A stretch of 57,818 nucleotides of DNA from Verrucomicrobiota bacterium (GCA_034440155.1 JAWXBN010000011.1:1-57818); one strand, 5' to 3'; positions 30,221 through 40,932 are shown, counted from the stretch's first letter. The notes: a model not told the origin generated them from the sequence alone. A program made the numbers and translations.

Positions 30221-30747
30221 GGGACTGCAGTTTCATGACTAATAAGATTCCCCGCTCCAAAACCACGTGTCCGGATAACCCAAGGCATTGAGTCATTAGA
30301 GAATTCACCGCTATTACAGGCGGTAATAAAGAGCATAAATGTACCCCCCATATTATCAATGGTGAGGCGGGTGGATGACAGGGGTGTGATTTTTTTCGTT
30401 AACTGGCTGGTGAGATTCTTTTGTGCAAAGGGGATCATTACACCCTTCGAGTTTTTTAATGAATAAAGTCCCGACGAGGCGTTAAAAGTGACATTGGGTA
30501 TCTTGAAACGGAGTTGATCACTATCCTGATTTGGTTCGCCCTGTGCGTAGGGGGTATTTGAGTAGTTAACATAAGCCCACATGGTTGTTTCTTCATCTTC
30601 CCACTCCAAATATGTACTCGTGACTGAGCCGTAAGCATAAGAATGATTGACACTAGGACTAAGGACTTCAACGGTGTCCGCCATTATTTTATTGGAGGAA
30701 AATATTAGAAAATTTAATAAGATGAATAATTTTAGATGCTTCATCAT
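30217..30747 (-). CDS. secreted protein of unknown function
   Basis: 176 aa with an N-terminal signal peptide (MMKHLKLFILLNFLIFSSNKIMA). Its stop overlaps the stop of the convergent 28847 gene by 4 nt. Confidence 0.55.
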   Translation of the reverse strand: MMKHLKLFILLNFLIFSSNKIMADTVEVLSPSVNHSYAYGSVTSTYLEWEDEETTMWAYVNYSNTPYAQGEPNQDSDQLRFKIPNVTFNASSGLYSLKNSKGVMIPFAQKNLTSQLTKKITPLSSTRLTIDNMGGTFMLFITACNSGEFSNDSMPWVIRTRGFGAGNLISHETAVP

Positions 30748-30855
30748 AACATCTTACTGTGGTTCTTTTGAACATAGCCAGTGAATTTTATGTGACAATC
30801 ACATACTCAATACGGTTGACAAGATCATGCAGATAATTAAAGTACAACCACTTAT

Positions 30856-31608
30856 ATGGATTCGAGTATAATTTTCTGGGCTACCTCCAACCAAGGAGGC
30901 ATTACTTATGCAGTAGAGCATTCAAATCTTGCCGGTAAAGTCATTTTATTTATCCTGCTTATAGCTTCTATTTATAGTTGGTCGATCATGCTGACAAAGT
31001 TTGTTTCTTTGAAAATGGCTAAAAAACAGTCGAAAGATTTTCTCAACGTGTTTCGTGCAGATCGGAAACCATTGCGTATGTATGAGGCAAGGGTGAATTA
31101 TAAAGAATGTCCTCTCTATGAAATTTACCAAGCTGCGTGCAAGGAGCTTTCTTATTTACTTTTGGGTTCAGATGAACGCGATGAGACTTATAAGGCAAGG
31201 ATATCAACTGCCGGCAAAATCCGACCCATCGAGATGGAATCTATCCGGGCAGCCATGGATAGGGCTGTCGGTGAAGAAGGTCTGAGGTTGGAGTCACAAA
31301 TGATTGTATTAGCTTCCGCAGTCAGTGGAGGCCCGTTTCTTGGTTTGTTAGGCACTGTATGGGGGGTTATGGATACATTTACAGGAATTGCCTTGGCCGG
31401 TCGTGCTGATCTGCTCGCGATGGCACCGGGTGTTTCAGGAGCACTGATAACAACTGCATTGTCCCTGACTGTCGCTATTCCTGCTATGTTTGGATATAAT
31501 TACTTGATCACCAGCGTGAGATCTTTGACAGTGGAAATGGAGAATTTTTCTGCAGAATTGGCCGCGCAAATTGAGCGCCACTACGTCAATCACGATCGGA
31601 ACTTTTGA
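30856..31608 (+). CDS. MotA/TolQ/ExbB proton-channel family protein
   Basis: 250 aa with 3 TM segments. The C-terminal channel block is GGPFLGLLGTVWGVMDTF...APGVSGALITTAL. Confidence 0.8.
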   Translation: MDSSIIFWATSNQGGITYAVEHSNLAGKVILFILLIASIYSWSIMLTKFVSLKMAKKQSKDFLNVFRADRKPLRMYEARVNYKECPLYEIYQAACKELSYLLLGSDERDETYKARISTAGKIRPIEMESIRAAMDRAVGEEGLRLESQMIVLASAVSGGPFLGLLGTVWGVMDTFTGIALAGRADLLAMAPGVSGALITTALSLTVAIPAMFGYNYLITSVRSLTVEMENFSAELAAQIERHYVNHDRNF

Positions 31609-31643
31609 TCCATCCTCAGCCGAAATAGTCTAATAATTTCAGA

Positions 31644-34600
31644 TTAGGGAAATGAATTCTTAATTTTCGCTAATTCGGCTGTAAGCAGTTCGTGTTCTGA
31701 TTTAAGTTTTTGATAAATTTCTTGTTGGTCATGTATGTTTGTCTTGCCGTCTGAATATTCAAGTTGCTCACAAAGCAGGGAAAATTCTGAAGCCCCGAAA
31801 TTAATGGCTCCACCGCGGAGGGCATGGGCGTGGGTTAAAATGAGGGATTGGTCATTCCTCTCAATTGCCAGGAATAATTGATTTATTTGCTCGTCGGCAT
31901 GCTGTAGAAAAAGATCGATTGTTTCGCCTACAAGCCCTTTTTGTCCCTGTTTCTGCATATTCAAAATTTCCTGCCAAAAACTATTATCCAAATCTATCAC
32001 TTGTTTTTCTGTTTTTTTCAGATGAGAGAAATGTTTTTCGATCATTGTCTGGAGGGTGGCGGCCCGTAGTGGCTTAGTTAAATAATCAGAAAATCCTTCT
32101 TTCAGGCATTGCTCTTTGTCTTCTGACCGGGCATTAGCTGTCAGTGCAACGATTTTACAGTTGATTAATAGGTTATTATCAAAAATCATCTTCATGGTTT
32201 GTATGCCATCCTGACCAGGCATTTGAATATCCATCAGGATCAAACCATATTTCTTTTTCCTGACAACTTCCAGACATTCAACCCCTGAAGAAACAAGATC
32301 GGGTTTATAACCCATCTCGGTAAGGTAAAGACTGATGATTTTCTGATTAACTTCATTGTCTTCAACGACCAATATATCGAGTGGATATTTGAATGAGAAA
32401 TTACGGTCAATTTCAGATGATTCACACTTTTGGAGGTGCGTGTTTAAACCATGATTACTGAGTACCTCAAAAGGTATATCAAAGATAAATTCAACACCCC
32501 CTTCATTTTTATTCATGACAGTGATGCTTCCCCCCATCAATTCAATAAAACGTTTACTGATGACTAAACCCAGTCCGGTTCCCCCAAATTGCCTGGTAAT
32601 TGAAGAATCAATTTGGCTGAAGGGTTGGAATAGCCTATTCATTTTTTCCTTAGGGATTCCCGGCCCAGTATCGGAAATAGTGAAATGGAATTGATGGATT
32701 TCACCACTCTTTTGAATGGACGATAAGAAAAGTTTTACAGAACCACTTTCAGTGAATTTTAATGCGTTCCCGAGTAAATTCATGAGGATTTGTTTAAGTC
32801 GGTGCATATCACCGACGATAAACTGGGGGCAGTCTGGGGTGATGGAATAAGTAAAATCGATATTTTTGGATTGGGACTTTGTTTCGAGTAGAAAAAATGT
32901 CTCTTTAATACTCTGGATAAGGTTAAAAGGATGGTTTTCAATTTCGATCTTGTTGGCTTCAATTTTTGATACATCTAATATATCATCGATAATTCGTAAG
33001 AGTGTTTCAGCACTTGATCGAATAATATTAATTAATGATTTCTGTTCCACGGTTACGGGAGTTCCAAGTAAAAGGTCAGTGACACCAATGACCCCATTCA
33101 TGGGGGTACGGATTTCATGGCTCATATTTGCGAGGAATTGGGACTTGATTTTTGCTGCTTCAATCGCTGTTTCACGTGCATGGATAATGTCTGTCACATC
33201 ACTTGTGACGAGAATAACGCCATCGATTCCTGAACCTTTATAGCTGATCGGTGTAATGGCCCAGCGGAGATACTTTTTTGAGCCATTCTTATTGATAAAT
33301 AATTCTTCAGGATTGGAAAGAGTTTCCCCTTGTAATCCGAGTAGTAGAATCGTGCGGAAACGTTCTGAAAATTCCGTATAGGCACTTTGGAAAGATACCC
33401 CATTGAGATTTGGGATGTGAGAGGGGTGGTCATCCAACCATTTCTGGCTAGTCGAGATAAAGGTAAGATTTTGATCGAACATAGCCATAGCCATAGGCGC
33501 ATCGGAGACAATTTGCCTGAGAAAGCGTCGGTCTTTGGTTAGTTCTGCTTCGGCCCATTTCCTTTCAGTTATATCTTCAACCGTATGTACATACCCTACC
33601 TTTTTACCATTGGGCAGCTGAATAATCGATGTTCTAAATTGCGCCCATTTTTGTTTATTTTGTGCATTTTTAAGTCTGAGCTCCCATTGTTTGAGATGAA
33701 TATTACTGGTGTTGCTAAGAAAAAAGTTTTTTAGACTCTCTCGATCTTCTGGGACAAAGGCATACATCCACCCGAGCAGGTGAGATTGATCCTGAGAGAG
33801 ACCTGACAATCCGAGCCACTGGTCATTACAATATATGCAATTTCCCTGACTATCAGTCTGGATGATTCCCACGGGTGATGATGTACATAATGAGCGGAAA
33901 CGTTCTTCATTTTCCTTAAGAATCATCTCTGATTCCCTTTCCCTGCTGATGTCGCGGGATAACCCCATGTATCCGGTCGGTTTGCCTTGGGAGTCACGGA
34001 GAATAGAGGCTGAGAGTATGGAGTAAAAAATTTCCCCGCTTTTTTTTCTATTCCTTATTTCCCGAGTCACAATTCCGCGGTCATTAAGGGTTACATTCAC
34101 CTCTTCGGACTGTTCTATATCATCATAGAGTATACTTACAGGCTTCCCCATAACCTCTTCTTTTGAAAAACCAAACCCTTTTTCAGCAGCGTGGTTGAAC
34201 TCAGTAATACAACGGTCTAAATCAGCCGAGATAATCATTTCCGATGAACAATCGATGATGCTTTGTGAATACTGTTGGGCTTTTTGGATTTCGGAGAGTG
34301 TTTCATCACTTGTTTGTAAATCATGTACAAGAAGGAGGAAAACCGGCTTTGCGGATGTTTTAAGCTTTGCGAGTGTAATACCGAGTCGGACATTTGCTTG
34401 CCCCCAAGGACCTGCTGGAAGATTAAAAACGGTAGCCGCAACATCTTGATTTTGGCTTAACTCCTGAAGTTGTGAGACCGTTTGAGCGGGGATAAAAGAG
34501 ATGAGTGGATTGCCCTGCCTGATTTTTCCTGATGATCTAAGGATGAGTTCGGCCTTTTTATTCCATTTAACTATATCAAAATCTGCATTCAGGATAATTG

Positions 34601-34934
34601 TCCCGTCATAGAGGGAATTAATCCACTGGCTAAAGTATTGGTGGATCAAGTTCCCTTCTGAGATGGTGTAAGCATTATTTGTTGTTAACTGTTTGCGGGA
34701 AAGAAGTTTCCCTAGAATAAATGGTATAGTGAGTGAAAAATAAAAAAAAGGATTGTGGGCTAATTGAGAGAATAAATCATGCCCTGAACCCTTATGCTGG
34801 AAGTAAAAAATAAGTATCCCCAAAAATATGATGATAAAACCAGATATTAATCCAGGAATGAAAGATGCAAATAGATCTTTATATTTTTGGGAAATGGTCA
34901 TAAGTCGAGGAAACTTACAGGTGAGTTTAGCCAT
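31644..34934 (-). CDS. hybrid sensor histidine kinase (TM, PAS repeats, HisKA, HATPase, receiver, HPt)
   Basis: 1096 aa. H-box MSHEIRTPMNGV; ATPase boxes LGNALKFT, DTGPGI and GGTGLGL; receiver LVVEDNEVNQ...LMDIQMPGQDG; C-terminal HPt HAHALRGGAINFGA. Confidence 0.85.
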   Translation of the reverse strand: MAKLTCKFPRLMTISQKYKDLFASFIPGLISGFIIIFLGILIFYFQHKGSGHDLFSQLAHNPFFYFSLTIPFILGKLLSRKQLTTNNAYTISEGNLIHQYFSQWINSLYDGTIILNADFDIVKWNKKAELILRSSGKIRQGNPLISFIPAQTVSQLQELSQNQDVAATVFNLPAGPWGQANVRLGITLAKLKTSAKPVFLLLVHDLQTSDETLSEIQKAQQYSQSIIDCSSEMIISADLDRCITEFNHAAEKGFGFSKEEVMGKPVSILYDDIEQSEEVNVTLNDRGIVTREIRNRKKSGEIFYSILSASILRDSQGKPTGYMGLSRDISRERESEMILKENEERFRSLCTSSPVGIIQTDSQGNCIYCNDQWLGLSGLSQDQSHLLGWMYAFVPEDRESLKNFFLSNTSNIHLKQWELRLKNAQNKQKWAQFRTSIIQLPNGKKVGYVHTVEDITERKWAEAELTKDRRFLRQIVSDAPMAMAMFDQNLTFISTSQKWLDDHPSHIPNLNGVSFQSAYTEFSERFRTILLLGLQGETLSNPEELFINKNGSKKYLRWAITPISYKGSGIDGVILVTSDVTDIIHARETAIEAAKIKSQFLANMSHEIRTPMNGVIGVTDLLLGTPVTVEQKSLINIIRSSAETLLRIIDDILDVSKIEANKIEIENHPFNLIQSIKETFFLLETKSQSKNIDFTYSITPDCPQFIVGDMHRLKQILMNLLGNALKFTESGSVKLFLSSIQKSGEIHQFHFTISDTGPGIPKEKMNRLFQPFSQIDSSITRQFGGTGLGLVISKRFIELMGGSITVMNKNEGGVEFIFDIPFEVLSNHGLNTHLQKCESSEIDRNFSFKYPLDILVVEDNEVNQKIISLYLTEMGYKPDLVSSGVECLEVVRKKKYGLILMDIQMPGQDGIQTMKMIFDNNLLINCKIVALTANARSEDKEQCLKEGFSDYLTKPLRAATLQTMIEKHFSHLKKTEKQVIDLDNSFWQEILNMQKQGQKGLVGETIDLFLQHADEQINQLFLAIERNDQSLILTHAHALRGGAINFGASEFSLLCEQLEYSDGKTNIHDQQEIYQKLKSEHELLTAELAKIKNSFP

Positions 34935-34954
34935 GTATTTTCAAATCTGCAAGG

Positions 34955-35977
34955 CTAGGCACTTTGATTCTTTTTTTTGAAATGGTCAATGGCCACTGCT
35001 AAAACGATCACACATCCGATCATGATCTCCTGGATATAACTCGGGAGAGCCATTTGAAATGTACCATTACGTAGGATGACCATCATGAGTGCCCCCACGA
35101 GTGCGCCAATGATATTCCCGGATCCCCCTGATAGACTTGCCCCGCCGATAATGACAGCAGCGATAATATCAAGCTCTAGTCCAGCGGCTGTGGTGGGATC
35201 CCCCTGTTGCAACCGTGACATTTGCATTAACCCGGCCAAACCAAAGAATGCCCCAGCCATGGCATAAATAAATATTTTTACCTTGGATGTATTAATTCCA
35301 CAAATACGGGCACAAGACTCATTCGATCCTAGAGCATAGATGTGACGTCCAAAAACCGTTCTGGCCATAATAAAGAGCATTAATCCTCCAAGGATAATTG
35401 TAATATAAACACCAGGGGCGACATAAAGAATGCCGAGTGAAGGAATAGATTCACGTAACTTTCCTAATAACGAAACGGAAGTTATTTTTGGGAAAACCTG
35501 CATAATATCATTGATCCAAGTCGGGGGAATATAGATCGTCTGATTATTCGCCACCCATTTTGATAATCCCCGGGCAATCCCGAGCATTCCTAATGTCACA
35601 ATGAAGGGAGTGAGTCGTAAACCAACAATCAAGCCACCATTGATCAAACCGACAAGTATACCCATAAATACTGCTGCTAGAATCGCTGTCAGGGGATTAG
35701 CCCCTGATTTCAGGACGGCAGCCGCCACGACACTTGTGAGGGCGATTGTTGATCCCACACTTAAGTCTATTCCCCCACTGACAATGATCATGGTCATTCC
35801 GATTGACCCAATCCCCACGATGACACATTGGGTCAAAATAACCTTGAAATTACTTTCAGTAAGAAAGGAATCCCTTGATGTAGGATGAATCGCAAAGATG
35901 AGGAATACAAAAAGCAGCCCTAATACGGAGCTGTAAGGGGAGAGTTTTTTAAATGGGTTTTGGAATTTTTCTTTCAT
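34955..35977 (-). CDS. sugar ABC transporter permease (RbsC/AraH type)
   Basis: A polytopic protein of about 10 TM segments with GGIDLSVGS and GGASLSGGSG blocks. The preferred start is ATG 35977 (MKEKFQ), 4 nt after the ATPase stop. The ORF track extends to 36055, inside the ATPase gene. Confidence 0.85.
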   Translation of the reverse strand: MKEKFQNPFKKLSPYSSVLGLLFVFLIFAIHPTSRDSFLTESNFKVILTQCVIVGIGSIGMTMIIVSGGIDLSVGSTIALTSVVAAAVLKSGANPLTAILAAVFMGILVGLINGGLIVGLRLTPFIVTLGMLGIARGLSKWVANNQTIYIPPTWINDIMQVFPKITSVSLLGKLRESIPSLGILYVAPGVYITIILGGLMLFIMARTVFGRHIYALGSNESCARICGINTSKVKIFIYAMAGAFFGLAGLMQMSRLQQGDPTTAAGLELDIIAAVIIGGASLSGGSGNIIGALVGALMMVILRNGTFQMALPSYIQEIMIGCVIVLAVAIDHFKKKNQSA

Positions 35978-35981
35978 AAAA

Positions 35982-37490
35982 TTATGCGAGTGCCTCTTGG
36001 ATGATCGAGTGAGGAGTCCATTCAGCGATAGTTTTCTTGATGCCCAAGCGCCCACGGTTCATCACGCAAAGGGTGTCGCATATACCAAAAAGATCTGGGA
36101 GATATGAGCTCACAATAATAATGGATTTCCCTTCTGCAGCTAATTGCCCGATTAATCTATAGATTTCAACCTTGCTGTTAATATCGATTCCTCTCGTGGG
36201 TTCATCTAATAGGTAAACCTGTGCATTTTGCGCTAATAACCGTGCGATTGCGACTTTTTGTTGATTGCCGCCGGATAAGGTAGAGATATATTGATTGATG
36301 CCGGGATGTTTGGTTTTCAAAACAGAGACTTTTTCTGAAGCTACCTTCTCAGCTTTCTTAAAGTTTATGAGTCCGTGTCGGGCAAATCTTTTCCAACTGG
36401 AAAGCATGGTGTTTTCCTCTATGGACGCATTCAACATTAACCCCTCTTCTTTGCGGTTTTCACTCAAAAATCCAAACCCCCTTTCGACTTGGTCCTGTGG
36501 CGTGGGGTGGGGGATTCTTCGTCCAGAATACTCGATTACACCCTCTTTGAGGTAATCCAGTCCAAAGAGCAGTCTCAGTGTTTCTGTTCTGCCAGTGCCG
36601 ATCAATCCGGCGATCCCTAGTATCTCACCTTCTAAAAGATCAAAGGAAACTGATTGTGGTTTGGATATCCCCGCAATTTTCTCGATATGTATAATTGCTT
36701 TTCCATGTTTGTGCACGACGCGAGGATATACTTCATTCACATTCCTACCTACCATCAGGCGAATTAAATCTTGTGTGTTTGTTTTGGAAATAACCCCTTC
36801 GGCAACGCTGCTGCCGTCCCTGAGCACCAGATACCGGTCACCGATCTCTAGGCATTCCTCCAGAAAGTGGCTGATGTAAATAACGGAAATGGATTGTTTC
36901 CGGATTTTATGGATCAAATGAAAAAGTTTTTTAATCTCGTTTTCTCCCAGACTACTGGTGGGTTCATCAAGAACCAATATTTGGGGGGCTGACAACAGTG
37001 CCCTCGCGATTTCAACCATTTGTTTTTGGGCGGGGGATAAGTGATGAACTGGAGTTGATTTGAGGGATTCGTCTAATCCTATTTCCCGGAGTATCCCGAG
37101 GGTCTTTTCTTCGACTGTCTTTTTATCAATGATTCCTAATTTGGAAGGTTCTATCCCCAGAAAAAGGTTTTCAGAAACTGTCAAATGCGGTGCCAGACTG
37201 AGTTCCTGATAAACCATGGAAATGCCTGAGCAGCGGGAATGGTGGGGGTTCTCAGGTTTAAAATCCGATCCATTCAAAGAAATAACACCACTATCAGCGA
37301 GGATAGTCCCACTTAAGATTTTCATGAGGGTACTTTTCCCTGCTCCATTTTCGCCGATCAGACAGAGCACCTCGCCTTGGTGGAGCTTAAAGTCGACTCC
37401 ATTCAAAGCATTTGTATGGCCAAAGGATTTTGTAATTCCTTTAACTTCCATCAATAGGGGAGAGGAATGAGGGAGAGTCTCGGAAGACAT
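35982..37490 (-). CDS. sugar ABC transporter ATP-binding protein (two fused cassettes, RbsA type)
   Basis: 502 aa. Walker A GENGAGKST, signature LSPAQKQMVEIA, Walker B ILVLDEPT. The second cassette has LSGGNQQKVAIA and VYLLDEPT. Confidence 0.9.
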   Translation of the reverse strand: MSSETLPHSSPLLMEVKGITKSFGHTNALNGVDFKLHQGEVLCLIGENGAGKSTLMKILSGTILADSGVISLNGSDFKPENPHHSRCSGISMVYQELSLAPHLTVSENLFLGIEPSKLGIIDKKTVEEKTLGILREIGLDESLKSTPVHHLSPAQKQMVEIARALLSAPQILVLDEPTSSLGENEIKKLFHLIHKIRKQSISVIYISHFLEECLEIGDRYLVLRDGSSVAEGVISKTNTQDLIRLMVGRNVNEVYPRVVHKHGKAIIHIEKIAGISKPQSVSFDLLEGEILGIAGLIGTGRTETLRLLFGLDYLKEGVIEYSGRRIPHPTPQDQVERGFGFLSENRKEEGLMLNASIEENTMLSSWKRFARHGLINFKKAEKVASEKVSVLKTKHPGINQYISTLSGGNQQKVAIARLLAQNAQVYLLDEPTRGIDINSKVEIYRLIGQLAAEGKSIIIVSSYLPDLFGICDTLCVMNRGRLGIKKTIAEWTPHSIIQEALA

Positions 37491-38509
37491 CAGGGGTGAT
37501 TTTCAGGATTCAAGAGGGATTGAGTCTCGGGAGTATGAAGATTCTGTAGTGTAATGAGTCCGACAGATGTATCTATTCTTTTCTGCACAGGATGCCCCCC
37601 GATTACCTCAAAAATGGTTTTCACCGCGAGGTATCCCATCTTGTAGGGGTCTTGGACCACTAACCCTTGGATGTCCCCGGCTTTGAGTGCACCAATGAGC
37701 AATTCACCGGAATCAAATCCCACATGCTTGATTTTACCCAGGCTTTTTCCCGAATCGCGCAAGGCAAGAATCATTCCCGCTGTCGAAGATTCATTGGGTG
37801 TATAAATTCCCTCAATATTTGAAGCATAACGGCTCAGAAGATTTTGAGATGACTGATAAGCGGTTTCCCGGGTGGGGCCAGCATACTGGTCACTGGAAAC
37901 GATATTAATCCCGGGGAATTGGGATTTAATCGTATCAATAAATCCTTTTTCACGTTGTTCTGTACTGGCAGAACCTACGGCGTAACGGAGAATAATAATC
38001 TTTCCTTTGCCTCCGAGCAATTTGCCCAGATATTCCGCAGCAATTTGCCCGCCTTTGTAATTATTTGTAGCTACCGTAGAAACGGGTTTTGTTGAATCGA
38101 GATCAGAATCAAATATGACGACAGGAATTCCGGTTTGAATAACTTGTTCAGCAGAAGTCACGAGTGCTTTTGCATCCAAGGGGGCTAGGACCATACCCTG
38201 GATTCCTCGACTCAAAAAGCTTTCGACCACTTGGACCTGTTGTTCTCGGTCATCTTCCTTAAGGGGACCTTGCCATATAATTTCGAGTCTCTGCGTGGGA
38301 CTGCTTAATTCCTCTGAAGCTTTTAATGCACCGGCATGAATTGCCTTCCAGAATTCATGGGTCGTACCTTTAGGGATAACCGCTATTTTTACCGTTTTGG
38401 ATGTTGATGACTCTTTCCCACTGGAATGATCACTTTTCGCACCACATCCACTCAGGATTATTATTGCAGTGAGTAGCCCACAGATAAATAAGATTTTAAT
38501 TTTCTTCAT
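37490..38509 (-). CDS. sugar ABC transporter substrate-binding lipoprotein (RbsB-like, PBP type I)
   Basis: 339 aa with a signal peptide and lipobox ILSGCGA. The periplasmic-binding fold shows IAVIPKGTTHEFW and VVIFDSD. Its stop overlaps the ATPase start by 1 nt. Confidence 0.85.
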   Translation of the reverse strand: MKKIKILFICGLLTAIIILSGCGAKSDHSSGKESSTSKTVKIAVIPKGTTHEFWKAIHAGALKASEELSSPTQRLEIIWQGPLKEDDREQQVQVVESFLSRGIQGMVLAPLDAKALVTSAEQVIQTGIPVVIFDSDLDSTKPVSTVATNNYKGGQIAAEYLGKLLGGKGKIIILRYAVGSASTEQREKGFIDTIKSQFPGINIVSSDQYAGPTRETAYQSSQNLLSRYASNIEGIYTPNESSTAGMILALRDSGKSLGKIKHVGFDSGELLIGALKAGDIQGLVVQDPYKMGYLAVKTIFEVIGGHPVQKRIDTSVGLITLQNLHTPETQSLLNPENHP

Positions 38510-38830
38510 ATTTTCCCTTTAGGTAATTTAAAATAACGATTCAAATTTAAAATCTCAACTAAAACATGGTCAAAATCATAAGCGATGTGATTTGTCAAAA
38601 AATGGCATGAACAGGTTATCAAAAGTTTGGAATACAGCAGATCATGCTCACGGTGGTAACTCTGTTGAGCCTTTTTTCTAAAAAACGGCAAGGTACTGAT
38701 TATTTCCAGATTCTCGCCACCGGACATTATCCCGGACGTTTTTATATCCAAGCAATTCACTCAACAATCGGGGGATGGTAGTTAAAAGCAATTTGCTATC
38801 GGGGGAGTAATCGTTTAGCAGTAGGATCTT

Positions 38831-39664
38831 ATGAAATCATATTTAGAGGAGTTAGAAAACCAGAGTATCTATATTATGAGGGAAGCATGGTTTCATTTCC
38901 ATGATTCCTTGGTCATGCCCTATTCAATGGGAAAAGACTCCAGTGTTCTTCTGTGGCTCGCAAAAAAAGCTTTTTTCGGGCATGTACCCTTTCCATTGCT
39001 CCATATTGATACGAGTTATGAATTTCCGGAGATGTATGAGTTTAGGGAACAAATAGCAAAAACCCATAATTTGAATATCATCGTCAAAAGAAATGAAGAT
39101 GCTTTATCCCGGAAAGTGGGATACGAACACATTGATCCCGAGACCGGTAAACTTTATTCGTCGGTCAAAGTCACAGAACAGCTGAAGACGTTGGCCCTCA
39201 AACAAGCGATAGCCGAAGGCAAATGGCGTGCGATGATTACGGGTGTCCGTAAGGATGAAGACCCCGTCCGTGCAAAGGAACGTTTTTTCTCACCACGTGA
39301 TGCCGAAAGCACTTGGGATGTAGCGGATCAACCGCCTGAACTCTGGGGGCTCTTTTCGACAGATATTCCTCCTGATGGCCATATGCGTGTACAACCATTG
39401 CTCGACTGGACAGAGACAAATATCTGGGAGTATATCAAAGAAAATAACATCCCCATTCCTACCCTTTATTTTTCTCGTGAGGGAAAGAGGTTTCGTTCTT
39501 TGGGCTGCCATCCGATTACTCATCCGGTAAAAAGTAATGCCGCGAATATCGATGATATAATTGTAGAACTAAAGGCCACACGAGTGCCTGAGCGTGCCGG
39601 TAGGGCTCAAGATCACGAAAAAGAAAATGCGATGGAATCTTTACGTTTAAAAGGGTTCTTCTAG
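38831..39664 (+). CDS. cysD: sulfate adenylyltransferase subunit 2 (CysD, PAPS-reductase fold)
   Basis: 277 aa with the PP-loop-like block YSMGKDSSVLLWL, then LLHIDTSYEFPEMYEFRE, WNLYNG-region equivalents, and a C-terminal ERAGRAQDHE. Confidence 0.8.
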   Translation: MKSYLEELENQSIYIMREAWFHFHDSLVMPYSMGKDSSVLLWLAKKAFFGHVPFPLLHIDTSYEFPEMYEFREQIAKTHNLNIIVKRNEDALSRKVGYEHIDPETGKLYSSVKVTEQLKTLALKQAIAEGKWRAMITGVRKDEDPVRAKERFFSPRDAESTWDVADQPPELWGLFSTDIPPDGHMRVQPLLDWTETNIWEYIKENNIPIPTLYFSREGKRFRSLGCHPITHPVKSNAANIDDIIVELKATRVPERAGRAQDHEKENAMESLRLKGFF

Positions 39665-39672
39665 TTTTTTCC

Positions 39673-40932
39673 GTGGTTACAAAACCCACAAAGCGGGAAA
39701 TTGGGAGTTGGTGTTTCTTTGATTTTGCCAATTCGTCATTTACCACAATCATCATTACCGTTGTATTCCCTCCTTATTTTACACAAGTAATCGCAAAAGG
39801 AGCAAGGGACGCAGATATGATGTTTGCGGCTACTTTTTCGATTTCCCAATGGTTAGTGTTATTAACAGCCCCATTTGTGGGGGTATTAGCCGATATCTAT
39901 GGAGCCAAAAAAAACCTTCTCTTCATTTCGACGTTTTTTTGTGTTCTAGCTACTTTACTCCTTGGAGTGATGCCAAATGGGTTATATTTGTCTTTATCTC
40001 TCTTTATATTAGGTACTGTAGCCTATTCAAGCGGGGAAAATATCGTATCAGGATTTCTTCCGGAATTATCAACAAGAGAGACAATCGGGAGGATCAGTGG
40101 TATTTCGTGGGGGATTGGTTATTGCGGAGGTTTATTCTGTTTATTATTGGTTCAATGGGTGATGACATCGGAAATTAATGTCTATGGTTTTACAGGTGTG
40201 AAACTGGCATTTATCGCGACCGGCCTCTTTTTTGCACTCAGCTCTCTTCCGACTTTCTTATTTCTCAAGGAAAGGAAAATACCTGAAAAACTTCAAAAAA
40301 ATGATCATATACTTAATTATACTCTCAGAAAAGTCCGAGGGACTCTCCTAGAAGCTCGGAACAACCCTGTTCTCTGGAAATTTCTCGGGGTATTTTTCCT
40401 CTATTCTTGCGGGATATCTACAGTCATTGCTTTTGCGGGGATTTATGCCACTGCGGAGTTTGGTTACACGCAATCCGAATTGATCAAACTCTTCATTGCA
40501 CTCCAAATCAGTAGCACAATCGGGGCATTTACTTTTGGATTCCTCCAAGACAGGATAGGGACACGGTTAAGTATCCAAAGCAGCCTGATTCTATGGATGA
40601 TTGCAGTATTAGGAGCTGTTTTATCTCAAGATAAGACGCACTTTTTCATCGTGGCGAATATTGCCGGATTATGTATAGGTGGGAGCCAATGTACTAGCCG
40701 TGCTTTTGTCGGGCAAATCGCACCATCTGACAAACCGGCTGAGAGTTTTGGTTATTGGGGGTTATTTTCCCGCCTAGCGGCGGCGACTGGACCACTGGCC
40801 TACGGCGCAGTGAGTACAGCCACAGGTTCGGGACGAATAGCCATCCTTTCCACTGGGGTCTTCTTCCTGGCAGGGTGGCTGGGAATGTTTTTTATTCATG
40901 CCCCTCCCGTCAAAGCCGAAATAAAAGAATAA
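39673..40932 (+). CDS. MFS transporter, UMF1 (Atg22-like) type
   Basis: 419 aa, GTG start 8 nt after cysD. The N-terminal signature is WCFFDFANSSFTTIIITVVFPPYF, with about 12 TM segments. Confidence 0.75.
   Translation: MVTKPTKREIGSWCFFDFANSSFTTIIITVVFPPYFTQVIAKGARDADMMFAATFSISQWLVLLTAPFVGVLADIYGAKKNLLFISTFFCVLATLLLGVMPNGLYLSLSLFILGTVAYSSGENIVSGFLPELSTRETIGRISGISWGIGYCGGLFCLLLVQWVMTSEINVYGFTGVKLAFIATGLFFALSSLPTFLFLKERKIPEKLQKNDHILNYTLRKVRGTLLEARNNPVLWKFLGVFFLYSCGISTVIAFAGIYATAEFGYTQSELIKLFIALQISSTIGAFTFGFLQDRIGTRLSIQSSLILWMIAVLGAVLSQDKTHFFIVANIAGLCIGGSQCTSRAFVGQIAPSDKPAESFGYWGLFSRLAAATGPLAYGAVSTATGSGRIAILSTGVFFLAGWLGMFFIHAPPVKAEIKE

Noticed and set aside
38506-38760. 84-aa minus-strand ORF upstream of the sugar ABC operon.
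   Set aside because: It has no SD and no recognisable motif, and its composition is odd. It occupies what should be the promoter and leader of the ABC operon, and its stop overlaps the lipoprotein start. It is probably spurious.
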